Of a DNA stretch of 64,000 bases, positions 1 through 7,617 are shown in pieces. Each line of letters opens with the position of its first letter. Within the stretch, counting starts at the first letter, position 1. The position numbers were made by a program, and so were the translations under genes. Source of the stretch: a virus (lineage: Duplodnaviria; Caudoviricetes); the IMG/VR virus record IMGVR_UViG_3300005686_000008. One strand, written 5' to 3'. Below the pieces are notes generated by a model, which saw only the letters and a list, made by a program, of their open reading frames with translations, was not told the origin of the DNA and searched no databases.

Positions 1-195
1 GCATCAACCAATCAATCAGATGGCGATACTGTAGAAGAATGGAAAAGTGAACTTTTGTTTAGGATAGAATCTCTGAAAGATATAGCTAGAGATGTTGTTG
101 ACTTCTTTGATAATCACTGTTTAGATTCAGAAGAATATCTAGAAGACGTTACAGTTTTGCGAAAGAAAATAGATATAGTTTCAAGAGATATTTAA
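1..195 (+). CDS. 3' end of hypothetical protein (partial, runs off window start)
   Basis: Frame 1 is open from base 1 to TAA at 193-195 (ASTNQSDG...IVSRDI*). Confidence 0.6.
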   Translation, partial: ASTNQSDGDTVEEWKSELLFRIESLKDIARDVVDFFDNHCLDSEEYLEDVTVLRKKIDIVSRDI

Positions 196-244
196 CCGTT
201 TTGCACCTTAAAAGGCAATGAGGGTTCGAATCCCTTGCTCTCCG
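193..244 (+). pseudogene. Orphan 3' half of a Ser-type tRNA (long variable arm, T arm, G discriminator)
   Basis: ...gcaccttaaaaggcaatGAGGG-TTCGAAT-CCCTTgctctccG; no D arm upstream, directly abuts the preceding stop codon. Confidence 0.6.
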
Positions 245-262
245 CTTTGATTGGATGGAACT

Positions 263-550
263 ATGAACAGATACAGGGTAATTAATCTTGAAACAAAAGA
301 GAAGGTTTGCGGTTTCTATTCAAACGCAACTGATTGGGATGGTTTGCTGTATCATGTTAATGGATGGGCTAAGGGAAATCTCCCTTGGCAATGGGAATTG
401 CAAGAAGAACTATTTGGCGAATGGAAAAGCGTAATAGTTAGTAGATCCTCGCCTGAATATGAGGATTACAAGAAAAACCTTTCGTTCTGGAAAAGGTTTA
501 CTGGAATTGGAGTTGCTTCTTTTGAGGAGTTTTCTTCAAGAGTCCTTTAG
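263..550 (+). CDS. Hypothetical protein flanked by a 17-bp direct repeat
   Basis: ATG 263 directly follows TTTGATTGGATGGAACT (246-262); same 17-mer at 552-568. Confidence 0.7.
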   Translation: MNRYRVINLETKEKVCGFYSNATDWDGLLYHVNGWAKGNLPWQWELQEELFGEWKSVIVSRSSPEYEDYKKNLSFWKRFTGIGVASFEEFSSRVL

Positions 551-558
551 TTTTGATT

Positions 559-650
559 GGATGGAACTCAGATAGCTGGTTTTCTGTACCTGCTTGGAAA
601 GCAGGCGTACACCGCAAGGGGTACTGTGGGTTCGACTCCCTCTCCATCCG
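559..650 (+). tRNA. tRNA-Ser(GGA)
   Basis: GGATGGA/TCCATCC acceptor, cctgc-TT-GGA-AA-gcagg anticodon arm, long variable arm, G73; no encoded CCA. Confidence 0.9.
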
Positions 651-653
651 CTT

Positions 654-1037
654 ATGAAAAATCTCTTAGTAATCATGGCTGCTACTATGATGCTTCTTTG
701 TTCTTGCGAAAGAACATTGCCAGGCACTAATATGAAAACAGCTTATGGTATTGTTGATGGTAAAGAAATAATACCTGGTTACTTCATAACAATTGATGAT
801 TCTCAAACGCTGGATTTTGGCGAAATAACCATAGTTATTCCTGCGAGTCATCAAGAATGGGTTCCTGAAAAGTATAAAGTTTTTGTGGTATATAGAAATG
901 AACAAGATGAAAAGCAAAGAGCATTCTTCTATGTTTCTAAGTTTGAATATGAATGTTTCTTATTTCAAGAAGAAGTAGAAGTTAATGCTGATGGTACAGT
1001 TAGGAAGATGAGCGATATAATTGCTCAAAATAGGTAG
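654..1037 (+). CDS. Putative lipoprotein (start corrected to 654)
   Basis: MKNLLVIMAATMMLLCSC signal/lipobox-like N-terminus; upstream in-frame extension is the tRNA. Confidence 0.7.
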   Translation: MKNLLVIMAATMMLLCSCERTLPGTNMKTAYGIVDGKEIIPGYFITIDDSQTLDFGEITIVIPASHQEWVPEKYKVFVVYRNEQDEKQRAFFYVSKFEYECFLFQEEVEVNADGTVRKMSDIIAQNR

Positions 1038-1184
1038 GAAGTGTAATGATAAGATATTTGCTTTGTTTGATTGTCGGACATGATACTGGAAGAAAGTATT
1101 ACTACGACTTGTGTAGAAATGAATGGTATAGAGATTTTCGTTATTGCGAAAGATGCGGGAATCACCTGTAAAGAGAACTAGGGC

Positions 1185-1532
1185 ATGTTGAACCTCGATA
1201 AAGTACCTAAGAATCTTGAAGAAGCGCTTGAGATACTAGACGGTCTTGCAGAGACTGACAAGAGTTATCTCAAAGCAAACGGAAGCGTTTCAGTCCATTT
1301 TGGATTTGGAGGATGGCTCCGCAATAACTGGAGTCTTTGGGAAAAAGATACTCCATTTGTCTTGTGGTTCAATAAACTTGGCATATATCATGCTGACGAT
1401 ATGAGCGGTATCATACTTGAAGCTTTTATTGCAAGGCTTCGAGGAGAACCGTATGATATGCAGCCAACTATACAGAGATATAGAAATCATTGGTCTTCTA
1501 TCGGACTGGATCCAGATAGGATAATGGAATGA
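1185..1532 (+). CDS. DUF6794-like protein
   Basis: HFGFGGWLRNNWSLW...HADDMS motif. Confidence 0.65.
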   Translation: MLNLDKVPKNLEEALEILDGLAETDKSYLKANGSVSVHFGFGGWLRNNWSLWEKDTPFVLWFNKLGIYHADDMSGIILEAFIARLRGEPYDMQPTIQRYRNHWSSIGLDPDRIME

Positions 1533-2105
1533 ACAACTTAGAGAAATATTCCAAGCAAATAAAGAAAATGGATCGTCTTGCTCTTGGTTATGAGCGAATG
1601 CTAGACTTCTTTTTTGGCTATATCTATGCTTTATATCACTCAGGAAAAATAACCCTAAAAGAGAAGAATGCTCTTCACAAGGTCTATTCTAGTTATGATA
1701 ATGGTAACGAAAGATACCAAATTATAGACGGCAAACTGGTAGATAATAGTAAAGATCCAGAGTGGAGAGAGATGTTTGGAGAAGGCTGATGAACGAGAAA
1801 GACAATAAGCCCAGTTTTGAACTAACGTTTGGCCTAACAAACATATTCATTTCTATTCAAGAACTGATTGGCGAAGTTTGTAATCCTAAAGATTATGAGA
1901 AGTTTGATAGATTGTTTTCACTGCATAGGCTCTATCAAAGAGCCATAGAAGAAGGTTATGAAAAGTTTGATTGGAAGGTAATGCACGAAAATGGTCATTT
2001 GTCTTCAAGAGATTACAAACTCTTTGAAAAAGAACTTAATGGATTAACAGAAGAGATGTACTGGAAAGCGTTGGGATATGATAGTATTCCAGGAAGAAAG
2101 AAATA

Positions 2106-2381
2106 ATGATTACTCAAGCCCCAATTTGGAGTAAGAAAGACTCAAATGGCTACTTCTGTCATAAAGAAGTAATACATGACGACTTGTTGCCATGTCCTTT
2201 TTGCGGTGGCGAGGCGGATATAATGCTAAGCGGAGATGCTTGGCATGCAAGGTGTAGAAAGTGCTTTGCGAAGTCTGGATATCAGAATCTTCCTGCTCGT
2301 TGGAATAGCAATAAGTGTCTTGATACTCACTTGATCAAGAAAGCGGTTAAGGCTTGGAATAAGCGTGTAAAGAAATCTTAG
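2106..2381 (+). CDS. Lar-family restriction-alleviation-like Zn-ribbon protein
   Basis: LLPCPFCGGEA...CxxC...AVKAWNKR. Confidence 0.75.
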   Translation: MITQAPIWSKKDSNGYFCHKEVIHDDLLPCPFCGGEADIMLSGDAWHARCRKCFAKSGYQNLPARWNSNKCLDTHLIKKAVKAWNKRVKKS

Positions 2382-2410
2382 TGTTGGTTGAAAAGCCGAT
2401 AACTAGGTTT

Positions 2411-2554
2411 AGCTAGTCGAATGGAATGGGTTAACATTATAAGTTCAACTCTTATCCCCGCCTCTTAAAACTATGGCGGGGTAGCCTAACGGTAAGGCAA
2501 CTCTCAAAATCGCAAGATTAGAGAGCTAACCCCAGACCAACAAACATACTAGCT
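2411..2554 (+). ncRNA. YrlA-type Y RNA (1)
   Basis: Terminal stem AGCTAGT/ACTAGCT with GTCGAATG motif; permuted tRNA module: T arm, then loop-closed CCCCGCC/GGCGGGG acceptor, then D arm TAGCCTAACGGTAAGGC. Confidence 0.8.
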
Positions 2555-2557
2555 TAT

Positions 2558-2632
2558 GCTCGCTTACCAAAATTGGACAAATGGCTCTGCCTGCAAAGCA
2601 GAAGTGTACAGGTTCGAGTCCTGTAGCGAGCT
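2558..2632 (+). tRNA. tRNA-Cys(GCA)
   Basis: GCTCGCT/AGCGAGC acceptor, CT-GCA-AA loop, U73. Confidence 0.9.
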
Positions 2633-2634
2633 TT

Positions 2635-2769
2635 TTACAATAAGCCGAACGGAATGGATTATCGAAGGTTCGACTCCTCCATCCCTCCCTAAGAGTCATA
2701 GCCTTGGGGGTTCATAGGGATACGCCTAGGTGGTTCAGGCATTCCAAACCAATACCTTGTTTATTGTAA
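2635..2769 (+). ncRNA. YrlA-type Y RNA (2)
   Basis: TTACAATAAGC/GTTTATTGTAA terminal stem, GCCGAACG motif, T arm GGTTCGACTCC, then ATCCCT...AGGGAT and D arm GCCTAGGTGGTTCAGGC. Confidence 0.8.
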
Positions 2770-2772
2770 TAT

Positions 2773-2859
2773 GCTCCTGTGCCAGAGAGGTTGAATGGAC
2801 CTGCCTGCAAAGCAGACTCGCCTTGTTGCGACACGTTGGTTCGAATCCAACTGGGAGCT
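2773..2859 (+). tRNA. tRNA-Cys(GCA) with long variable arm
   Basis: CT-GCA-AA loop, U73, extra arm TCGC-cttgtt-GCGA. Confidence 0.8.
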
Positions 2860-2862
2860 TTT

Positions 2863-3102
2863 ATGAGAAAGATGAAACTGAAAGAAGCTATTGAGATCTT
2901 ACAGGTCTCTGAAGACAAACAACAACAAGCCATTGCAAAGTTACTTGACGATGCAAGAGACAAGATGAATGCATTGTTTGAACTTGCTTCTGGCGAGTAT
3001 CACGGCAACGAAGGTAATGAAGAAAACGAAATAGACGATATACTTGCAAAGGCAGCAGAAGTTCTTGAAAGACCTTATACTAGGCTTGTTCAAGACGAAT
3101 AG
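2863..3102 (+). CDS. Hypothetical protein (start corrected to 2863)
   Basis: ATG 3 nt after tRNA-Cys. Confidence 0.65.
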   Translation: MRKMKLKEAIEILQVSEDKQQQAIAKLLDDARDKMNALFELASGEYHGNEGNEENEIDDILAKAAEVLERPYTRLVQDE

Positions 3103-3111
3103 AATTTTGAT

Positions 3112-3187
3112 CGCGGAGTTGACTGGAATTGGCCCCAGCGTGAGCCTCATAAACTCAACTATACAGGTTCGAATCCTGTCTCCGCTA
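3112..3187 (+). tRNA. tRNA-Met(CAT), initiator-like
   Basis: CT-CAT-AA loop, unpaired C1:U72, CGCGGAG acceptor; anticodon stem imperfect. Confidence 0.8.
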
Positions 3188-3190
3188 TTT

Positions 3191-3472
3191 ATGAAAAACA
3201 TACAGATAAAAGGCACAGACAAGTCTTTGCTTTTGATAGGATTGCTCAACTTTCTGCTTTTTCAGTGGTTCTTTGTGAGATTGGCGTTAAACGTTGATCC
3301 TCCGATAAAGGATTACGTTACGAAAAGAAGGCCGCTATACTTGTTGAAGTGGGTTGTTCCTCTTTCGGGCTGGTTTGGGATTCCTTTTTTTCCTAGAAGC
3401 TACAAAATGGTCTTACTTCTTTCAGGAATAGAAGTGTGTATTGCTCCTTATGTAAGAAAAGGCTTTGACTAA
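3191..3472 (+). CDS. Hypothetical membrane protein (start corrected to 3191)
   Basis: ATG 3 nt after tRNA-Met; hydrophobic segments. Confidence 0.6.
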   Translation: MKNIQIKGTDKSLLLIGLLNFLLFQWFFVRLALNVDPPIKDYVTKRRPLYLLKWVVPLSGWFGIPFFPRSYKMVLLLSGIEVCIAPYVRKGFD

Positions 3473-3528
3473 ACAAGGAGTGTTCTGTTGAAACTTTGAA
3501 AATTGGTTGACGATGATGGTAAAGCAAA

Positions 3529-3600
3529 GCTCCCGAAGCTTTAGTGGATGAGCAGCAGCCTTTTAAGCTGCGGAAGAGGGATCGTTACCCTACGGGGGCA
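3529..3600 (+). tRNA. tRNA-Lys(TTT)
   Basis: gcagc-CT-TTT-AA-gctgc; variant T loop ATCGTTA. Confidence 0.85.
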
Positions 3601-3660
3601 TTTGAAGATAAAATTGAAGTTCTAAACCCAAAAGGTCGATTAAAGGCATAGGAGATATCT

Positions 3661-4041
3661 ATGCCTTACAAAAATATCGAAGACCATAAAGCCTACCAGA
3701 AGAAATATCAAAAAGAATGGTATAAAAGAAACAAGAAACAACACATCAAAAATGCTAATCGACTAAAAATCAAGCATGCTGAAGAGGCTTACAAATACAC
3801 AAATGATTTCAAGAAACAACAAGGATGCTTGAACTGTAAAGAAAATCACATTGCATGCCTTGAATTTCATCATAAAGATGCATCAACAAAAGAATTCGAA
3901 ATAAGCTGGGCGATTAATGCTGGATATGGGTTAGAAAGAATAAAAGCTGAAATAGAAAAATGTAGTGTTTTGTGTTCAAATTGCCATAAAAAACTACATT
4001 GGGAAGAACGAGAATCGAAGAAAGTCAGTTTGAACAAATAG
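3661..4041 (+). CDS. HNH endonuclease
   Basis: CxxC...LEFHH...CSVLCSNCHKKLH. Confidence 0.85.
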   Translation: MPYKNIEDHKAYQKKYQKEWYKRNKKQHIKNANRLKIKHAEEAYKYTNDFKKQQGCLNCKENHIACLEFHHKDASTKEFEISWAINAGYGLERIKAEIEKCSVLCSNCHKKLHWEERESKKVSLNK

Positions 4042-4048
4042 TCGTTTG

Positions 4049-4072
4049 CGGGTTCAAATCCCGCTGGGGGCA
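4049..4072 (+). pseudogene. Orphan tRNA 3' end (T arm plus acceptor strand)
   Basis: GCGGG-TTCAAAT-CCCGC-TGGGGGCA; ends like tRNA-Lys (GGGGGCA). Confidence 0.65.
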
Positions 4073-4134
4073 CTTTGATGGGATACATTTGGAAGTAAAA
4101 ATAGAGGCAATGGAAGGCCGAAAAGAAGAATGAA

Positions 4135-4207
4135 GGGGTCTTAGCTCATTTGGTAGAGCGATTGCTTTGCAAGCAATAGGCGGCGAGTTCGAATCTCGCA
4201 GGCTCCA
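4135..4207 (+). tRNA. tRNA-Ala(TGC)
   Basis: G3:U70, TT-TGC-AA loop. Confidence 0.92.
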
Positions 4208-4210
4208 CTT

Positions 4211-4408
4211 ATGTACTATACAGAAGACGCAATGGATCAGGTCAAAGATATGCGCAAAGTTTTAGCGGAATGTAAAAAGCTTTGCGAAGAAGATAAATCT
4301 GCAACTCCTTTGCAAAAGAAAATCCTAGAATTGTTAGGATTGCTTGAAGATGTTGCCGAAAATACGTTAATGAGCGAATATAGGTTTTTCGATCATGATC
4401 TTGATTAA
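4211..4408 (+). CDS. Hypothetical protein
   Basis: ATG 3 nt after tRNA-Ala; fills the gap between two tRNAs. Confidence 0.65.
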   Translation: MYYTEDAMDQVKDMRKVLAECKKLCEEDKSATPLQKKILELLGLLEDVAENTLMSEYRFFDHDLD

Positions 4409-4409
4409 T

Positions 4410-4483
4410 GGGCTTGAAGTTCAATTTGGTTGAACATTCCCCTCGCACGGGAAAGGCAGGGAGTTCGACTCTCCCCAGGTCCA
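4410..4483 (+). tRNA. tRNA-Ala(CGC)
   Basis: G3:U70, ttccc-CT-CGC-AC-gggaa. Confidence 0.88.
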
Positions 4484-4491
4484 CTTGTTAT

Positions 4492-4562
4492 AGCCTGATA
4501 GTGTAACGGTAGCACTAGTGACTCTGACTCACTCAGTCTAGGTTCGAATCCTAGTCGGGCTA
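4492..4562 (+). tRNA. tRNA-Gln(CTG)
   Basis: agtga-CT-CTG-AC-tcact; canonical T arm. Confidence 0.88.
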
Positions 4563-5179
4563 CTTTCAATAACATCACTTATGATGTCTAAAAACTTTTT
4601 AGCCCTGTCTTCTTTGAAGTAATCAAAACTAGAAGTATCTATGATACAAAGTTCAATACCGTTTTCTAAACAGGCTTGAAACTTTCGTTGGTCATTGTTT
4701 TTGATTGAAGTGAGTTTTTCAGGACCATGAATAGGTTCATAATGGTAAATACCATTGAGTTCGAAGGCAATCTTTAGACTCGGTATGTAAATGTCAAGTT
4801 CTGAATTGATAGCATCTTTCCTGTTAAAATGAAACTCAAGATCAGTAAATTTATCTTTGAGTTTTTCTTCTAACCATTTTTCTAGCTTACTTCTTCTTAT
4901 TCCATGTGTTTTGTGAGCGTTGTTGTATTTGGCAGCACAGGATTTTGAGCAGAAAGCTTTATTTGATTTTCTGTTTTGAGAAGCAAGTCTTTTGAAAGAT
5001 TTTTGACAATTTTGACATGTGAAACATTGGGCTATAGAGTTTTTTGTTCGATAATCAAAATGGCATTTCCTACTGCAAAATCGCAGAATGGGATTGTGTT
5101 TTCTAGATCCTGATTCAAGATGCGGATCGTTTTCGTATTCTTGCAAACAGTTAGCACAAGTGTTTTTGTAAGTTTTCAT
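4538..5179 (-). CDS. Zn-finger plus PD-(D/E)xK (Vsr-like) putative homing endonuclease
   Basis: Repeated CxxC...FCSxxC modules; ELDIYIPSLKIAFELNGIYH; its 3' end overlaps tRNA-Gln antisense. Confidence 0.8.
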   Translation of the reverse strand: MKTYKNTCANCLQEYENDPHLESGSRKHNPILRFCSRKCHFDYRTKNSIAQCFTCQNCQKSFKRLASQNRKSNKAFCSKSCAAKYNNAHKTHGIRRSKLEKWLEEKLKDKFTDLEFHFNRKDAINSELDIYIPSLKIAFELNGIYHYEPIHGPEKLTSIKNNDQRKFQACLENGIELCIIDTSSFDYFKEDRAKKFLDIISDVIESSPTRIRT

Positions 5180-5479
5180 ATAAGGATATTCGACTTGTTT
5201 TCGAAATATCCTTTTCGAATCTTAGTCAGGCTGTTATGAAAAGAACTATACATCCTGCAAATGTTGCAGAAAACGACATAGTTGAGTTTGTGAAATTTGA
5301 TTATCACAAAAAATCGAACACCTTTATACCAAAAGGTACAAAAGCTAGATTTTTGGAATGGATTAAAGATGAAGGAATAGAATTTGCATATGCAAGCATA
5401 GTTCCTATTGATGTTGATACGAAGGGTTGGGTTTGGACAAACCCAGATATTCTTGTAATAGAAGAATCCTAGTCGGGCT
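4543..5479 (+). repeat. Three copies of the tRNA-Gln 3' end (4543-4561, 5214-5232, 5464-5479)
   Basis: TTCGAATCCTAGTCGGGCT / TTCGAATCTTAGTCAGGCT / GAATCCTAGTCGGGCT. Confidence 0.85.
5236..5472 (+). CDS. Hypothetical protein between tRNA-Gln 3'-end copies
   Basis: ORF track; its TAG stop lies inside the third repeat copy. Confidence 0.65.
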   Translation: MKRTIHPANVAENDIVEFVKFDYHKKSNTFIPKGTKARFLEWIKDEGIEFAYASIVPIDVDTKGWVWTNPDILVIEES

Positions 5480-5556
5480 GTTTGGTGATTAGATTACGCA
5501 TTATAATTCGCCTATGAGTTGAATTCCAACGCATAATCTAATCAGAAAGGGTAAAA

Positions 5557-5646
5557 ATGACAAGTAAACAGAAGAACGTAGCAAGAAAGCATCGCAAGAA
5601 TCAGGAAAGACTTCGTAGGAAGAGGCGAGAGGCAAGGACTAAGTAA
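5557..5646 (+). CDS. 29-aa highly basic peptide
   Basis: GAAAGGGT SD, MTSKQKNVARKHRKNQERLRRKRREARTK*; TAATG-coupled to the next gene. Confidence 0.6.
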   Translation: MTSKQKNVARKHRKNQERLRRKRREARTK

Positions 5647-5899
5647 TGTTCACATTTGCAACCGTTTTAAGTGGTTCTAAGATTTCTTGTAATGAAACTT
5701 ACGGAGAGGATTTGCGGCAGGTAAGAGTGAATGCTCATATTCGTCAGTTTCCCTATAAGGGAGTTGACAGGATTGAAGTATATGATGCTGTAACAGGAAA
5801 ACTTATTCCATTAGATTCTTTGAACAAGTTTGAACAAGAGAATCTAATAGATGAGGCAAATGCAGAGTTGAGATATTTGAATTTGCAAGGATGATTTAT

Positions 5900-5971
5900 T
5901 GGCCTATGGTGTAACGGTCAGCACCGGAGACTTTGGATCTTTGTGTCTAGGTTCGAATCCTAGTAGGCCAG
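5900..5971 (+). tRNA. tRNA-Gln(TTG)
   Basis: TGGCCTA/TAGGCCA acceptor, CT-TTG-GA loop, G73. Confidence 0.9.
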
Positions 5972-6329
5972 TTTAGGAATGAGACAAATGAAAAAGAAAC
6001 TAACAGACAGACAGAAGAATCTTGCTAGCGATCAGTTTCCGACTTATGGAGGCTATGCTACATGGCCTGAAGTCAAGAAAGCAAAGATTGCCGCAAGAGG
6101 AAGATATTGGAACAGGGAAGAGTTCGGAGAGTTTGTTGCTTTTACTCCTGATGGTAAAAGAACATATTATGTCTACGATGATGAATGGGTGAACGAAGTA
6201 AGAAAGTGCGCAAGGCTCTGGAGCTTAGGGAAGAGAAAAGAAGCCGATGAGCTTTATGAATCATATTGGGAAGGTTATGAATCATATGGGAAAGGTTGTG
6301 TTTTCAAGAATAAGAAGTGAATAATGCAG

Positions 6330-6455
6330 GTAATCGTAGCTCAGAGGTAGAGCATCCGCCCCAAAATCTTAGGTAATGATCAGGTGAAGTACAAGCTTGG
6401 GAATCTAAGGTCTTGGACAATCGGAAGGTCGGTGGTTCGAATCCATCCTTCTACT
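6330..6455 (+). ncRNA. tRNA-like RNA with a ~55-nt hairpin inserted in the anticodon loop
   Basis: Canonical D arm TAGCTCAGAGGTAGAGC and T arm GGTGGTTCGAATCCATC; weak acceptor stem. Confidence 0.65.
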
Positions 6456-6507
6456 TTTTGATAGAAGACAGTTGGTTAGTGGCGCTTTATTATGAAAGGA
6501 GCTTGCC

Positions 6508-7258
6508 ATGAGTAGGTACAATAACGAATGGAACAAGGGCCTCCAAAATAAGGATCAGGAGTTGCTTTGACCCGTCTTCTATCCTTATTGAGATAAGGGC
6601 AGGCGAAGGCGGCGAAGATGCTAAAAACTTTGTTCATGAACTCGCCTCTATTTATGCGAAATACGCAGTAAGAAAGAACCTAAATGTCACGATAGTTGAT
6701 ATTGATAACGGTTCTTCAACTCTCGAAATCAGCGGTAAAGATTCATTAGCCGCTTTCGAAAACGAATCTGGTAAACACGTTGTTCAAAGATGCCCTCCTT
6801 CCGAAAGAAGCGGACGTAGGCATACATCAACTGTTTCCGTTGGCGTTCTTCCTCTTTTTGCTTTCAAATCAGCAGTTATAAGAGAAGAAGATATCGAAAT
6901 AACGTTTCAAAATGCTTCCGGCCCCGGAGGGCAAGGAGTTAATACATGCAAGAGCGCATGTAGAATGAAACATATTCCAACAGGGATAGCAGTCAAGTCT
7001 CAAGTTCATCGTTCTCCTCAACAGAATAAGTCTCATGCATATGCTTTGTTATGCGGAAGAGTGCAAGAACAGAAGTTTGCAGCGCAGAATAAAGAATATG
7101 CCGCAAGAAGAAAGAAAATTCTTGGAGATACTGGTAGGGGAGGCGCTAGAAGAACCTATTGTTTCTACAAAGGTTTTGTTTCCGACCATGTTACTGGTAA
7201 AAAAACTCACAACATCAAAGAAGTCGTTAAAGGAAACCTCGGCTTATTGTCGAACTAA
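6508..7258 (+). CDS. Class-I peptide chain release factor homolog (~249 aa) expressed via a +1 programmed frameshift at CTT-TGA-C (6565-6571)
   Basis: AAGGAG SD and ATG 6508; 20 codons to AGGAG-TTG-CTT-TGA-C; +1 frame reads DPSSILIEIRAGEGGEDA...FENESGKHVVQRCPPSERSGRRHTS...SGPGGQGVN..., continuous with ORF 6965-7258. Confidence 0.9.
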
Positions 7259-7281
7259 TTAATGTCTGGTCCTTTCATGTC

Positions 7282-7317
7282 GAGATGGACAGGATGGTGT
7301 CCTGTTCATCTCTTTTT
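7282..7317 (+). terminator. Intrinsic terminator
   Basis: GAGATGGACAGGA...TCCTGTTCATCTC-TTTTT. Confidence 0.75.
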
Positions 7318-7392
7318 GGGGTCTTAGCTCAATTTTGGTAGAGCGCGACGCTGGCAGTGTTGAGGTTACGGGTTCGAGTCCCGTAGATTCCA
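7318..7392 (+). tRNA. tRNA-Ala(GGC)
   Basis: G3:U70, CT-GGC-AG loop. Confidence 0.88.
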
Positions 7393-7395
7393 CTT

Positions 7396-7578
7396 ATGAA
7401 AAGAGCAAAGTCGGTTATTACAAAGATCAATGATAAAACAGGCAGGTATGAAAAGCTCTCTATAAAAGCTCCAAAAGGCACCAGAAAGGTCGGAGTGGAC
7501 CAGAATGGTGCTATTATTATCTATGATGACAAAGGGAATGTGGTTGCCTTTCGCAAGGAAGGCAATAAAAAGGAGTGA
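7396..7578 (+). CDS. Small basic hypothetical protein
   Basis: ATG 3 nt after tRNA-Ala. Confidence 0.6.
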   Translation: MKRAKSVITKINDKTGRYEKLSIKAPKGTRKVGVDQNGAIIIYDDKGNVVAFRKEGNKKE

Positions 7579-7617
7579 ATGGTACTGACGGAAGCATTTG
7601 ATTGTCGATGACAAAAT

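Noticed and set aside
2411-2769. Circularly permuted tRNA genes
   Set aside because: There is no anticodon arm or splice motif; the closing stem with the GNCGAANG motif fits YrlA Y RNAs better.
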